This document shows positions 53,569 through 62,354 of a stretch of 64,000 nt of DNA, one piece after another. Position 1 is the first letter of the stretch. Every line of letters starts with the position of its first letter. Made by a program: the position numbers and the translations under genes. The notes beneath the pieces were generated by a model. That model ran no database searches. It saw nothing but the letters and a program-made list of their open reading frames with translations, and had not been told where the DNA came from. Origin of the DNA: Alphaproteobacteria bacterium (GTDB lineage Bacteria > Pseudomonadota > Alphaproteobacteria > Micavibrionales > UBA2020); the NCBI GenBank assembly GCA_965279315.1, contig OZ257145.1, positions 1,099,582-1,163,581 of the forward strand, written 5' to 3'.

Positions 53569-54783
53569 ATGCCAAAGTTCAGCTATAGAGCAATTAACCA
53601 AAACGGCCGTCCCGTGCGCGGCGTCGTGAACGCGGCCAATGAAACCGAACTTTTCAACCGGCTGAACGAAACCGGCATGTCCTTGCTGGACTGCAAGGAA
53701 ATGAACGACAAGGCCGGCAAGCTTGCGAGCCTCACCGCCAAAAAGGTCAAGGCGCGCGACCTGATCCAGATGTTCGTCCACCTGGAACAGCTGCAAAAGG
53801 CCGGCGTTCCGCTGCTCGACGCGCTGTCCGACGTGCGCGACACCGCTGAATCCTCGCGCCTGCGCGACATCATGGGCGACGTCTATGGCGAGGTGTCGTC
53901 GGGCTCGTCCTTCTCGGTCGCGCTGTCGAAACACCCGTCCGTTTTCGAGCCCATCTTCATCTCGCTCATCAACTCCGGCGAGGAAACCGGTAACATGACC
54001 AACTCCTTCACGCAGGTGATCAAGCACCTGAAGTGGACGGACGCGATGGCGAGCAAGGTGAAAAAAGCGACCCGTTACCCGAAAATCCTGGGCGGCGTCG
54101 TCGTCCTCGTCGTCTGGGTCATGATGACCAAGGTTGTCCCCGACGTGACGGGATTCCTGAAAGAACTGGGGCAGGAACTGCCGCCCGTGACGCTCGCGCT
54201 CATCGCGACGTCCGACTTCTTCCAGAACAACTTCCCGATGATCGTGCTTGCGCTGACTGCCGCCTACGTGGCCTTGCGCGTGTCGCGCAACATGTCGGAA
54301 GGCGTGCGTTACCGCACAGATTACATCGCGCTGCATTCGCCGGCCTTCGGCTCGCTGATCCGCAAGATTTCGCTCTCCCGTTTCTGCCAGACCTTCGCCG
54401 TCCTCTTCACCTCGGGTCTCGAGATCCTGAAATGCATCGAGGCCGCGAAGCAGACCGCCGGCAACCTCGTCCTGACCGAGGCGCTGGAACGCGTGAAGAC
54501 GAACGTGCAGGAAGGCTCGCCCCTGTCGACCGCGCTCAACTCGTCGGGCGAGTTTCCGTCGCTGGTCGTGCGCATGGTCAAGATCGGCGAAGAGTCGGGT
54601 AACCTCACCGGGGTTCTCGAACAGGTTTCTGAATTTTACAACCAGGACGTCAACGACGCTGTCGATGGCATGATCACGATGATCGAGCCCGCGATGACGG
54701 TGATCCTGGGGGGCATCATCCTGTGGATTGCGGCTGCGGTTTTCGGCCCGATTTACGGCAGCCTTGGCAAGATGGGGACGTAA
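53569..54783 (+). CDS. pilC: type IV pilus platform protein PilC (GspF family)
   Basis: 404 aa with two T2SSF repeats (LLDALSDVRD...; LEILKCIEAAKQT...) and three TM segments. Confidence 0.9.
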   Translation: MPKFSYRAINQNGRPVRGVVNAANETELFNRLNETGMSLLDCKEMNDKAGKLASLTAKKVKARDLIQMFVHLEQLQKAGVPLLDALSDVRDTAESSRLRDIMGDVYGEVSSGSSFSVALSKHPSVFEPIFISLINSGEETGNMTNSFTQVIKHLKWTDAMASKVKKATRYPKILGGVVVLVVWVMMTKVVPDVTGFLKELGQELPPVTLALIATSDFFQNNFPMIVLALTAAYVALRVSRNMSEGVRYRTDYIALHSPAFGSLIRKISLSRFCQTFAVLFTSGLEILKCIEAAKQTAGNLVLTEALERVKTNVQEGSPLSTALNSSGEFPSLVVRMVKIGEESGNLTGVLEQVSEFYNQDVNDAVDGMITMIEPAMTVILGGIILWIAAAVFGPIYGSLGKMGT

Positions 54784-54786
54784 TAC

Positions 54787-56424
54787 ATGGTTGCGATCGG
54801 CGGCGGCAAGCGGGTGTTGATGGTGGGCGGCGAGGGCGTTGTCCTCTACGCGCCGCTCGGCAAGGGCATCGAACGCGAAACGGCGATTTCATGGGAAGTC
54901 CCCAACTTCGACGAACAGCTGGTCGAGGCGCTTGATTCCAAAAACCGCGGCAAATCGGTGCTGGTGCTGTTCGACGGCGCCGACCAGACCTACCGCAAGG
55001 AAGAAAACATCCCGAAGCTGTCGCCCATCGACCGCCCGCGCTTTGTGAAGCGCAAGCTGGAACTGGCCTTCCCCAGCTACCCGATCCGCGCATCGCTGGA
55101 AATCAAGCCCGCGAAGGTAAAAAAGCAATTCATTACGCTGAAGGCCGCAAAGGAAGATGCGCGGTCGTACCTGTTCGTCGCGCTGCCCGACACCGACCAG
55201 CTGGACCGCATCGGCAACGCGCTCTATGAAACGGGCGTGCCGGTTTCGGGCTTTGGCCTGCTGCCGCTTGAATCGACCGGCATGGTGGCGGAACTCGCCG
55301 AAAAAGTTTTCGCGGGCCAGGGCAAGCATTCCCGCTGGGCCGTGGTCATCGGCCAGCATGAAACGGGCGGCCTCCGCCAGGTCGTCGTCAAGGACGGCAA
55401 CCTTGCCCTGACGCGCCTCACGCCCACTTCCGAAGCCGGCACCAGCGGCACGGGCTGGGTCGATGAAGTGACGCGCGAATTCAAGGCGACGCTCACCTAT
55501 ATATCGCGCTTCGGTTACACCGACGCCGACGGCCTCGATGTCGTCGTCATCTGCGGCGATGTGGAAAAACAGTTTTTCGATCCCAAATCGCTGCCCGTCA
55601 CGCATTTCCAGTGCATCAACGCGGGCGAGGCGCTGCGCCACCTTGGCGCGAAATCTTTCGGTTTCGAAAAAACCAACTTCGCCGATGCGGTACATGCCGC
55701 CTGGGCGGGCAAAAAAGGCGGGCTGAAACTTGCTGTCCGCGTGCCGTCGATTCACCGCATCATGGCGCCGCGCCTTGCGGCCCGCGCCGCATCCGGCCTG
55801 CTGGCCGTCGGCGTCGTCGGCCTGCTTGGCCTGACCGCCATTGATTTGCAGGCCTATGCCGGCCTGCAAAGCGAGATCGGCGACAAGCAGAACCAGAAAT
55901 CCATGCTCAGCCGCGAATACGAACAGGAATCAAAGGCGTTCGAAGGCCTGCCTGTGCGCCCCGATGCGGTGCGCGCGACGCTGGGCGTCAAAAAACTGCT
56001 CGAGAAAAATACCGTCAACCTGCGCCCGATCCTGAACACGCTGAAAAACACGCTGCCTTCCGACATCACGATCGAGGATATCCTGATCGAACATACGCCG
56101 GGCGGCGCGCTGATGATCGGCGACGCCACCGCGTCGCGCGGCATGTTCGCCCAGGCGCCCGACCCCGAAGACCCGGGCATCGTGCATGTCAATTTCAAGT
56201 TCAAGCTGCCGAAGGCGATGCCGCTGGAACAAAAAACGCTGCGCGCGGATGAACTGCAAAAGGCGCTGGCTGCGGCTTTCGCCGGTTATGATGTCGTGCT
56301 GTCGCAGTTCGGCAACGTCGACCGCGCAGGCGGTCCGATGGTCGCAAAGGTGGGTGAGCCTACCGCATCAACTTCGGACGCTGAATCGGTCGCCGAAATC
56401 GACATGAAAGGGAAGCCCCTCTAA
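54787..56424 (+). CDS. bitopic envelope protein, PilM/PilN-fusion-like or GspL-like topology (family not recognised)
   Basis: 545 aa: a ~330-aa cytoplasmic part, a single TM helix (LLAVGVVGLLGLTAI), and a ~190-aa periplasmic part. Its position after pilC matches the alignment-complex genes. Confidence 0.45.
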   Translation: MVAIGGGKRVLMVGGEGVVLYAPLGKGIERETAISWEVPNFDEQLVEALDSKNRGKSVLVLFDGADQTYRKEENIPKLSPIDRPRFVKRKLELAFPSYPIRASLEIKPAKVKKQFITLKAAKEDARSYLFVALPDTDQLDRIGNALYETGVPVSGFGLLPLESTGMVAELAEKVFAGQGKHSRWAVVIGQHETGGLRQVVVKDGNLALTRLTPTSEAGTSGTGWVDEVTREFKATLTYISRFGYTDADGLDVVVICGDVEKQFFDPKSLPVTHFQCINAGEALRHLGAKSFGFEKTNFADAVHAAWAGKKGGLKLAVRVPSIHRIMAPRLAARAASGLLAVGVVGLLGLTAIDLQAYAGLQSEIGDKQNQKSMLSREYEQESKAFEGLPVRPDAVRATLGVKKLLEKNTVNLRPILNTLKNTLPSDITIEDILIEHTPGGALMIGDATASRGMFAQAPDPEDPGIVHVNFKFKLPKAMPLEQKTLRADELQKALAAAFAGYDVVLSQFGNVDRAGGPMVAKVGEPTASTSDAESVAEIDMKGKPL

Positions 56425-57083
56425 TGAAGCTCATCGGCATAAAACGGCTGATCTTGCTGGCGATCCTTGCGGGCGTCAACGCGGCGATTGCGGCGGCCTA
56501 TTTCCTGTGGATCGGCCCGATGCTGACCGATGCGCAAAATGCGCTGTCGGGCGTGACCAGTGAAATTTCTCAGTTGCAGGGCAAAATCCAGAACACCAAG
56601 GCGGAACTCGCCGAATACAAAGACAACATGCCCAAATACGAAGAGTTGAAGGCGCATGGGTTTATGTCGGGGCAGGACCGCTTCCAGATCAGCCGCGATC
56701 TTGATGCCGTCCGCAAGGCGTCGGAGCTGGGCGGTTTTAGTTTCAACATCAGCGACCTGCGCAGCGTGAGCAGCCCCGATGCCGAGGCCGCGCAGCTGAA
56801 GGTGCTCAACAGCCGCATCACGCTCGACCAGGTCGGCTCGCTCATTGACAGCAATTTTTACACTTTCGTCGATCGCATGAACGCAAACTTCCCGTCGCAT
56901 GTGCGCCTGCAAAAGCTGCAGATTACCCGCAGCCAGCCGCTGAACAACGCCAACCTGCGCCGGATTTCGCAGCTGGAAAACGTGCCGCTGCTGACCGCCT
57001 CGACCATTTTCGACTGGATGACGGTCGTGCCGGCCACGCCGCCTGCCGATCCCAATAACCCCAACGCGCCGAGGCAGCCATGA
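56424..57083 (+). CDS. PilO/GspM-like bitopic protein (family not recognised)
   Basis: 219 aa with an N-terminal TM helix LILLAILAGVNAAIAAAYFLW followed by a coiled-coil. TAATG overlap with the upstream gene. Confidence 0.4.
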   Translation: MKLIGIKRLILLAILAGVNAAIAAAYFLWIGPMLTDAQNALSGVTSEISQLQGKIQNTKAELAEYKDNMPKYEELKAHGFMSGQDRFQISRDLDAVRKASELGGFSFNISDLRSVSSPDAEAAQLKVLNSRITLDQVGSLIDSNFYTFVDRMNANFPSHVRLQKLQITRSQPLNNANLRRISQLENVPLLTASTIFDWMTVVPATPPADPNNPNAPRQP

Positions 57084-57760
57084 TCCGGTCACTATATAGC
57101 CTCGCCGCAATTGCTGCCGTGATGCTGCCGCTGGCGGCATCTGCGCAACAACCAACCGCCGTGCAACAGCAGGCCGCCAATGCCGCCGCCCTTGCGCAGG
57201 GCCAAGTACCCACGGCACCCGGTGCGATACAAGCGCTGTCTGCCATGGATAACGGCATTGCCGCGCCCGCCGCTGCGGCAGGTGCGCCCGTAGCTGCTGC
57301 CGCCGATGCCGCCCATCCCGGCGTTGTGCCGGGCGTGTCGCCCTCGACCGCGCCCGCGCCGGAAGAGACCCAGAAAGACATCCAGAAACCCTTCGCCCGC
57401 TCGCTGTTCTATACCAAGCAGGACCTTGTGCAGATCAGCAAGGCGCTGGGCGGCCAGTCGGTGAACCTCGACGCACCGATCACGGGCGGCAACGGCGCCG
57501 TCATTCCGCAGGTGCGCACCATCACGCTGACGGGCGTCCTGTACAAAAACCCCGGCGACTGGATGATCTGGCTGAACGGCCAGAAGCTGAACCCGCATAA
57601 TCTGCTCCGCGAAATCTATGAGATCGAAGTGTTCAAGGATTCGCGCGTGCGCCTGAAATGGTACGATATCGGCCTCGACGGCGTGATCGACGTCACGCTG
57701 CGCCCGCACCAGAAATACGACATCGTGACCGGGCTGTTGCTGCCGGCGCCGCAGGAATGA
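57080..57760 (+). CDS. periplasmic protein, PilP-like position (family not recognised)
   Basis: Signal peptide MIRSLYSLAAIAAVMLPLAASA, an Ala/Pro-rich linker and a beta-rich C-terminal domain. ATGA overlaps on both sides. Confidence 0.4.
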   Translation: MIRSLYSLAAIAAVMLPLAASAQQPTAVQQQAANAAALAQGQVPTAPGAIQALSAMDNGIAAPAAAAGAPVAAAADAAHPGVVPGVSPSTAPAPEETQKDIQKPFARSLFYTKQDLVQISKALGGQSVNLDAPITGGNGAVIPQVRTITLTGVLYKNPGDWMIWLNGQKLNPHNLLREIYEIEVFKDSRVRLKWYDIGLDGVIDVTLRPHQKYDIVTGLLLPAPQE

Positions 57761-58539
57761 CCAGCACCATGACCGCGCAACCTGCCGCAAAACCAGACAC
57801 TGCCGCACCGGCCATCCGGATTGCGGGCGTGTCGGCCGATTACGGGCAGGGCACGGTCATCGAAGACATCAGCTTTGACGTGCCCGCCGGAAAAACTTTC
57901 GGCCTGATCGGCCTGAACGGCGTCGGCAAAACGACGCTGATCAAGATCATCCTCGGCCTCATGGAATCGTCCAAGGGCGGCGTGGAAGTGTTCGGCCGCA
58001 AGAATCTGGATGCCGAAACCAAGGCCAAGATCGCCTACCTGCCCGAAAAATTCGAGCCGCCGCCCTTTTTGTCCGGCCTCGAATTCGTGAAATTCTCGCT
58101 CGCGCTTTATAAACGCCCCTTCGCGGAAGACGCCGTGATGCAGGCGGCCGACCGCGTGTCGCTGACCCGCAAGGCGCTGAAGCGCCGCGTGAACACCTAT
58201 TCAAAAGGCATGAGGCAGAAAACGGGTTTGATGGGCACCTGGCTGACGGGCTGCCCGCTCCTGATCCTCGACGAGCCGATGAGCGGCCTCGACCCGCTCG
58301 CGCGCGTGCTGGTGAAGGATGAAATCGCCGCCTGCCGCCGCGCGGGCATGACAGTATTTTTATCGTCGCATATTTTGTCGGACATGGATGAAATCTGCGA
58401 TAACATCGCCGTCATCCATGACGGTCGGCTGAAATTCACGGGCACGCCCGCGGAACTCAAAAAGGTCGCGAGCCAGGAATACCTGGAACGCGCATTCCTC
58501 AAAGTCATCGAAGGTTCAAAAAAGGTCTACGAATCATGA
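57757..58539 (+). CDS. ABC transporter ATP-binding protein embedded in the pilus cluster
   Basis: Start trimmed to MTSTMTAQP (ATGA overlap). Walker A GLNGVGKTT, signature YSKGMRQKTGL, Walker B LILDEPMSGLD. Confidence 0.85.
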   Translation: MTSTMTAQPAAKPDTAAPAIRIAGVSADYGQGTVIEDISFDVPAGKTFGLIGLNGVGKTTLIKIILGLMESSKGGVEVFGRKNLDAETKAKIAYLPEKFEPPPFLSGLEFVKFSLALYKRPFAEDAVMQAADRVSLTRKALKRRVNTYSKGMRQKTGLMGTWLTGCPLLILDEPMSGLDPLARVLVKDEIAACRRAGMTVFLSSHILSDMDEICDNIAVIHDGRLKFTGTPAELKKVASQEYLERAFLKVIEGSKKVYES

Positions 58540-60191
58540 AACTTTTCGGCAAAAAAGACAGCACCGCAGCGGCACCCGAAGAACTGGCAGCCGATGACCT
58601 TGGCGAAATGGATGCGGGCCTCGATGACCTGGAAGGCGCGCCTGTCGCGGAAAAATCCCTCTCTGCCCCCTCGCGCAGCATGGCGGGCGCAGCCGGTGGT
58701 GGCCGCAAGAACCTTTTGATTTTGGTCGCGCTGGTCGCGGTCGCCGGCGCTGCCGGCGGTTATTTCTGGTTCATGGGCGGCAACGATGAGCCCATTCATG
58801 TGACCGCGCAGACGACACCGACGACTCCTCCCCCCGACATGGCTGCGGCAACGCAGGCGGTGACTGATCCGGCGACCCCGCCGATGCCCGCGACCGACCC
58901 GATGGCTGCTGCTGTTGCGCCCGCAACGGATCCGGCTGCCGCAACGCCGGCACCCGCTGGAACAGACCCGCTTGCCGCAACCGCGCCTGCGGCCGGTAAT
59001 CCCGCCGATCCTTTTGCAGCACCCGCCGCTGATCCCGCTGTTGCGGCCGCTACGCCCGCGACGACCGATCCTGCTGTTGCGGCTGCCGTGCTGGGCACGC
59101 CGCCCGCCGACGAAGCAACTGCGGTTGCCGTGATGCCCGCTTCCGACATGCCCGATGACCAGGCCCCCGACGCGGCTTCGATGGCCGCGCCCGCCACGCC
59201 CGACGGCATGCCGCCCCAGCCGGGCGCAGCCGATCCCGCAGCTGCCGCGATTGCCGGTGCCGCGCCTGTTGAAGCGGCGCCCGCTGAATCCGCACCGTCA
59301 TGGGCGGCACCCGGCACGGCCGTTGTCCCCGGCACCACCAACCCCGCCGCGAACGCAACGTCGCCCAACGAAGCAGAACTGGCGATTGTCCAGCATGCCG
59401 ATATGCTCGACCAGCTGAGCCGCCCTGCCGATACGCAGGCGGCCATCGCCGCCGGCGCGACTGTCGCGCCCGTTGCAACCGGCGCGCCGTTTGACCCTAC
59501 CGCCAGCAAGACCGTCAACCGCAACGCGATGAAAACCGTCGGTGAAATCCTGGAACAGCCGGGCATCGTGCGCCCGCTGCCGTCCGGCTACATGACGATC
59601 CGCAAGGAAAGCGACGCCGGCAGCATCGACAGCCGCCTGACCTCGGCGCGCTCCGCGCTGGCGGAGGGCAACAATTCCGCCGCGCTGGAATTGTTCGACG
59701 ACCTGCACAAGGACTACCCGAAAGACAAACGCATCCTGATGGGCCGCGCCGTGTCGCTGCACAAGATGGGCCAGAAAGACGCTGCATTGTCCGCCTATGA
59801 AGACGTCCTCAACCGCGACCCCAAAAACCTCGACGCGCTTAATAACATGCTGGGCCTGCTGAAGGAAAAAGACCCGCAGCTGGCTGTTGAAAAACTGCAG
59901 GAACTGCACGATGCCTATCCTTATCAGGGCGACATCACCGCGCAGCTGGGCGTTGCCTATGGCAGCACCGGCCAGTACGACCAGGCCTTGCGCTTCCTCA
60001 ACCTTGCGGAAGGCCTGAAACCGGGCTCCGGCTTCGTGATGTACAATAAATCCGTACTGCTCGACAAAATGGGCCGCAGCCGCGAAGCAGCGGCGATGTA
60101 CCGCCAGATCCTGCGCCTTGCCGCCGATGGCGACATCGATCAGGGCCTGCCGCTCGAAAGCATCCGCCGGCGCTTAGCCGCGCTCCAGTAA
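58536..60191 (+). CDS. bitopic TPR-repeat protein with long Pro/Ala/Thr/Asp-rich low-complexity region
   Basis: 551 aa: an acidic N-terminus, TM helix LLILVALVAVAGAAGGYFWF, ~250 aa of P/A/T/D-rich sequence, then TPR-like repeats (ALELFDDLHKDYPKDKR..., AYEDVLNRDPKNLDALNN...). Confidence 0.7.
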   Translation: MKLFGKKDSTAAAPEELAADDLGEMDAGLDDLEGAPVAEKSLSAPSRSMAGAAGGGRKNLLILVALVAVAGAAGGYFWFMGGNDEPIHVTAQTTPTTPPPDMAAATQAVTDPATPPMPATDPMAAAVAPATDPAAATPAPAGTDPLAATAPAAGNPADPFAAPAADPAVAAATPATTDPAVAAAVLGTPPADEATAVAVMPASDMPDDQAPDAASMAAPATPDGMPPQPGAADPAAAAIAGAAPVEAAPAESAPSWAAPGTAVVPGTTNPAANATSPNEAELAIVQHADMLDQLSRPADTQAAIAAGATVAPVATGAPFDPTASKTVNRNAMKTVGEILEQPGIVRPLPSGYMTIRKESDAGSIDSRLTSARSALAEGNNSAALELFDDLHKDYPKDKRILMGRAVSLHKMGQKDAALSAYEDVLNRDPKNLDALNNMLGLLKEKDPQLAVEKLQELHDAYPYQGDITAQLGVAYGSTGQYDQALRFLNLAEGLKPGSGFVMYNKSVLLDKMGRSREAAAMYRQILRLAADGDIDQGLPLESIRRRLAALQ

Positions 60192-60209
60192 CCGGGGAGG
60201 GCGGGCGGG

Positions 60210-61016
60210 ATGTACGGTGATATCCCGCTGCCCGATGGTTTTTTCCTGTGCGTCACCATCTTCCTCGGCCTTGTGCTGGGCAGTTTCGCAACGGCGCTGG
60301 CCTACCGCGTGCCGCTCGGCCTTTCGATTTTCAAAAAGACGCGTTCCGCCTGCCCGTCCTGCGGCCGTAACCTGACGGCGCTTGACCTTGTGCCGCTGCT
60401 GTCATGGGCGGCATTGCGCGGACGCTGCCGCAGCTGCCGCGCCGCCATCGGCTGGCAATATCCGCTGATCGAACTTGGCACGCTTGCCCTTTGCCTCGGT
60501 TTTTATTTCCGCTTCGGGTTCAGTGCGCAGGTGCTGTGCCTGTTCGCGCTGGCGCCGCTGGTGGCATCGGTCACTGCGATAGACTTTAACTATAAAATCA
60601 TCCCCGACAGCCTGAACCTTGCGATGTTTCTGGCGGGGGTCGCGATGCTCTGCGTCAGCGCGTTCCATTCGCCGGACGCTGTCGAATTTATCGTGACAAG
60701 GGGCGGCGAGGGGCTGGCGGCCGCAGTCTTGTATGTCGCCGTGTCGCTGGCGCTCCGCCAGGCGATCATGATCTGGCGTAAAAAAGACGCCCTTGGCTGG
60801 GGGGATGTGAAGTTTTTCGCGGTTGCGGGCTTCTGGCTGGGCCTGAATCCCGATTCTGCGGCCTACCTGATGCTGGTTGCGGGGCTTATCGGCATTTTTC
60901 TGGCGATTGTGTGGCAGAAAATCAGGAAAGAGGCGGAATTCCCCTTCGGCCCTGCGCTGCTGCTGGCCTTTGTCACCATGTTGATATGGCAGGGACCGGT
61001 CTTCCTGTTGCGCTAA
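60210..61016 (+). CDS. pilD: prepilin peptidase / N-methyltransferase (A24 family)
   Basis: Cys motifs CPSCGRNL...CRSCRAAI. Catalytic Asp contexts AIDFNYKIIPD and GWGDVKFFAVAG. Confidence 0.9.
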   Translation: MYGDIPLPDGFFLCVTIFLGLVLGSFATALAYRVPLGLSIFKKTRSACPSCGRNLTALDLVPLLSWAALRGRCRSCRAAIGWQYPLIELGTLALCLGFYFRFGFSAQVLCLFALAPLVASVTAIDFNYKIIPDSLNLAMFLAGVAMLCVSAFHSPDAVEFIVTRGGEGLAAAVLYVAVSLALRQAIMIWRKKDALGWGDVKFFAVAGFWLGLNPDSAAYLMLVAGLIGIFLAIVWQKIRKEAEFPFGPALLLAFVTMLIWQGPVFLLR

Positions 61017-61142
61017 TGCCGCGCCATCAAATATGGCAATCCAGAATTTACCGTTTATTCAATCTATTTAGGCTATCTTATGAAGGTGTAGAGGCAGGCA
61101 ACGACCGGCCTTTGACCGTCATGGGCTAATGGGGGACGAACC

Positions 61143-62354
61143 GTGGATATCACCGAACTTCTGAAATTTACGCTCGACAACAAGGGCTCGGACTTGCACC
61201 TTGCGGGGGCGAACCAGCCGATCGTGCGTATCGACGGCGATTTGCAGCGCATCAAGACCGATGTGCTGACCGCCGATGTCATCCGCGCCATGCTGTTTTC
61301 GGTGATGACGGAAGAGCAACGCGCCGTTTACGAACGCGACCTCGAGCACGACTTTGCAATTTCATTGGGCCAGGATGCGCGTTTCCGCGTCAACGCATTC
61401 ACGAACCGCCAGGGCTCCGCCGCCGTCTTCCGTGTCATTCCGACGAAAATCCCGACGATGGAGCAGCTTGACCTGCCGCCCGTCATCCGCCGCCTGGCCG
61501 AACTTGAAAAAGGCCTCGTGCTGGTCACGGGCCCGACAGGCTCCGGTAAATCAACGACGCTCGCATCGATGATCAACCACATCAACGCGAAATACCCGTA
61601 CCACATCCTGACTGTCGAAGATCCCGTCGAGTTCTTCCACAATTCGAAAATGTCGCTCGTCAACCACCGCGAGGTGGGTAACGACACCAAGTCATTCGGG
61701 CGCGCGCTGAAATCCGCCCTTCGTGAAGACCCTGACATCATCCTGGTGGGGGAGATGCGTGACCATGAAACGATCTCGCTCGCGCTGACCGCCGCGGAAA
61801 CGGGGCACTTGGTCTTCGGGACACTGCACTCGAACACCGCCGCCAAAACCATCGACCGCGTCATCGACGTGTTCCCCGCTGCCGAAAAAGAGATGGTCCG
61901 CGCCATGCTGTCGTCATCGGTGCAGGGCATTATCGCGCAGTCGCTGCTGAAAAAAGCCGGTGGCGGCCGCGTCGCCGCGCATGAAATCATGGTCGGCACC
62001 AACGCCATCCGGAACCTGATCCGCGAAAACCAGCTTGCCCAGATTTATTCGATGATCCAGACGGGCTCGCGCTATGGCATGCAGACGATGGAAGACTCGG
62101 TCAACGACCTTCTCATTTCCGGCCTCGTGACACAGGAAACCGCAGACGAGGTGCTGAAGGACGCCACAGCCTCGCTGGAAGAACCGGCGCCCGGCGCAGG
62201 CGCAGCAGGGCATGGCGCGAAAGCGCCCCCGCCGCCCCCTGCGAAAAAAGCGAATCCCCTGACCGGCGGCGCAAAACCCCCGCCCGCAGCAGCCCCCGCG
62301 AAACCGCCGCCCATGACCGAAGAAGACAAGCCTGAAGGAGGATATTCCTTTTGA
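61143..62354 (+). CDS. pilT: twitching-motility retraction ATPase PilT with C-terminal Pro/Ala/Lys-rich extension
   Basis: GTG start. MDITELLKF, GSDLHL, Walker A GPTGSGKSTT, and the PilT-specific GTNAIRNLIRENQ. About 60 extra C-terminal residues. Confidence 0.9.
   Translation: MDITELLKFTLDNKGSDLHLAGANQPIVRIDGDLQRIKTDVLTADVIRAMLFSVMTEEQRAVYERDLEHDFAISLGQDARFRVNAFTNRQGSAAVFRVIPTKIPTMEQLDLPPVIRRLAELEKGLVLVTGPTGSGKSTTLASMINHINAKYPYHILTVEDPVEFFHNSKMSLVNHREVGNDTKSFGRALKSALREDPDIILVGEMRDHETISLALTAAETGHLVFGTLHSNTAAKTIDRVIDVFPAAEKEMVRAMLSSSVQGIIAQSLLKKAGGGRVAAHEIMVGTNAIRNLIRENQLAQIYSMIQTGSRYGMQTMEDSVNDLLISGLVTQETADEVLKDATASLEEPAPGAGAAGHGAKAPPPPPAKKANPLTGGAKPPPAAAPAKPPPMTEEDKPEGGYSF

Noticed and set aside
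58796-59566. 256-aa Ala/Gly/Val-rich minus-strand ORF
   Set aside because: It is the complement of the Pro/Ala/Thr/Asp low-complexity region of the TPR gene. The open frame follows from the compositional bias.
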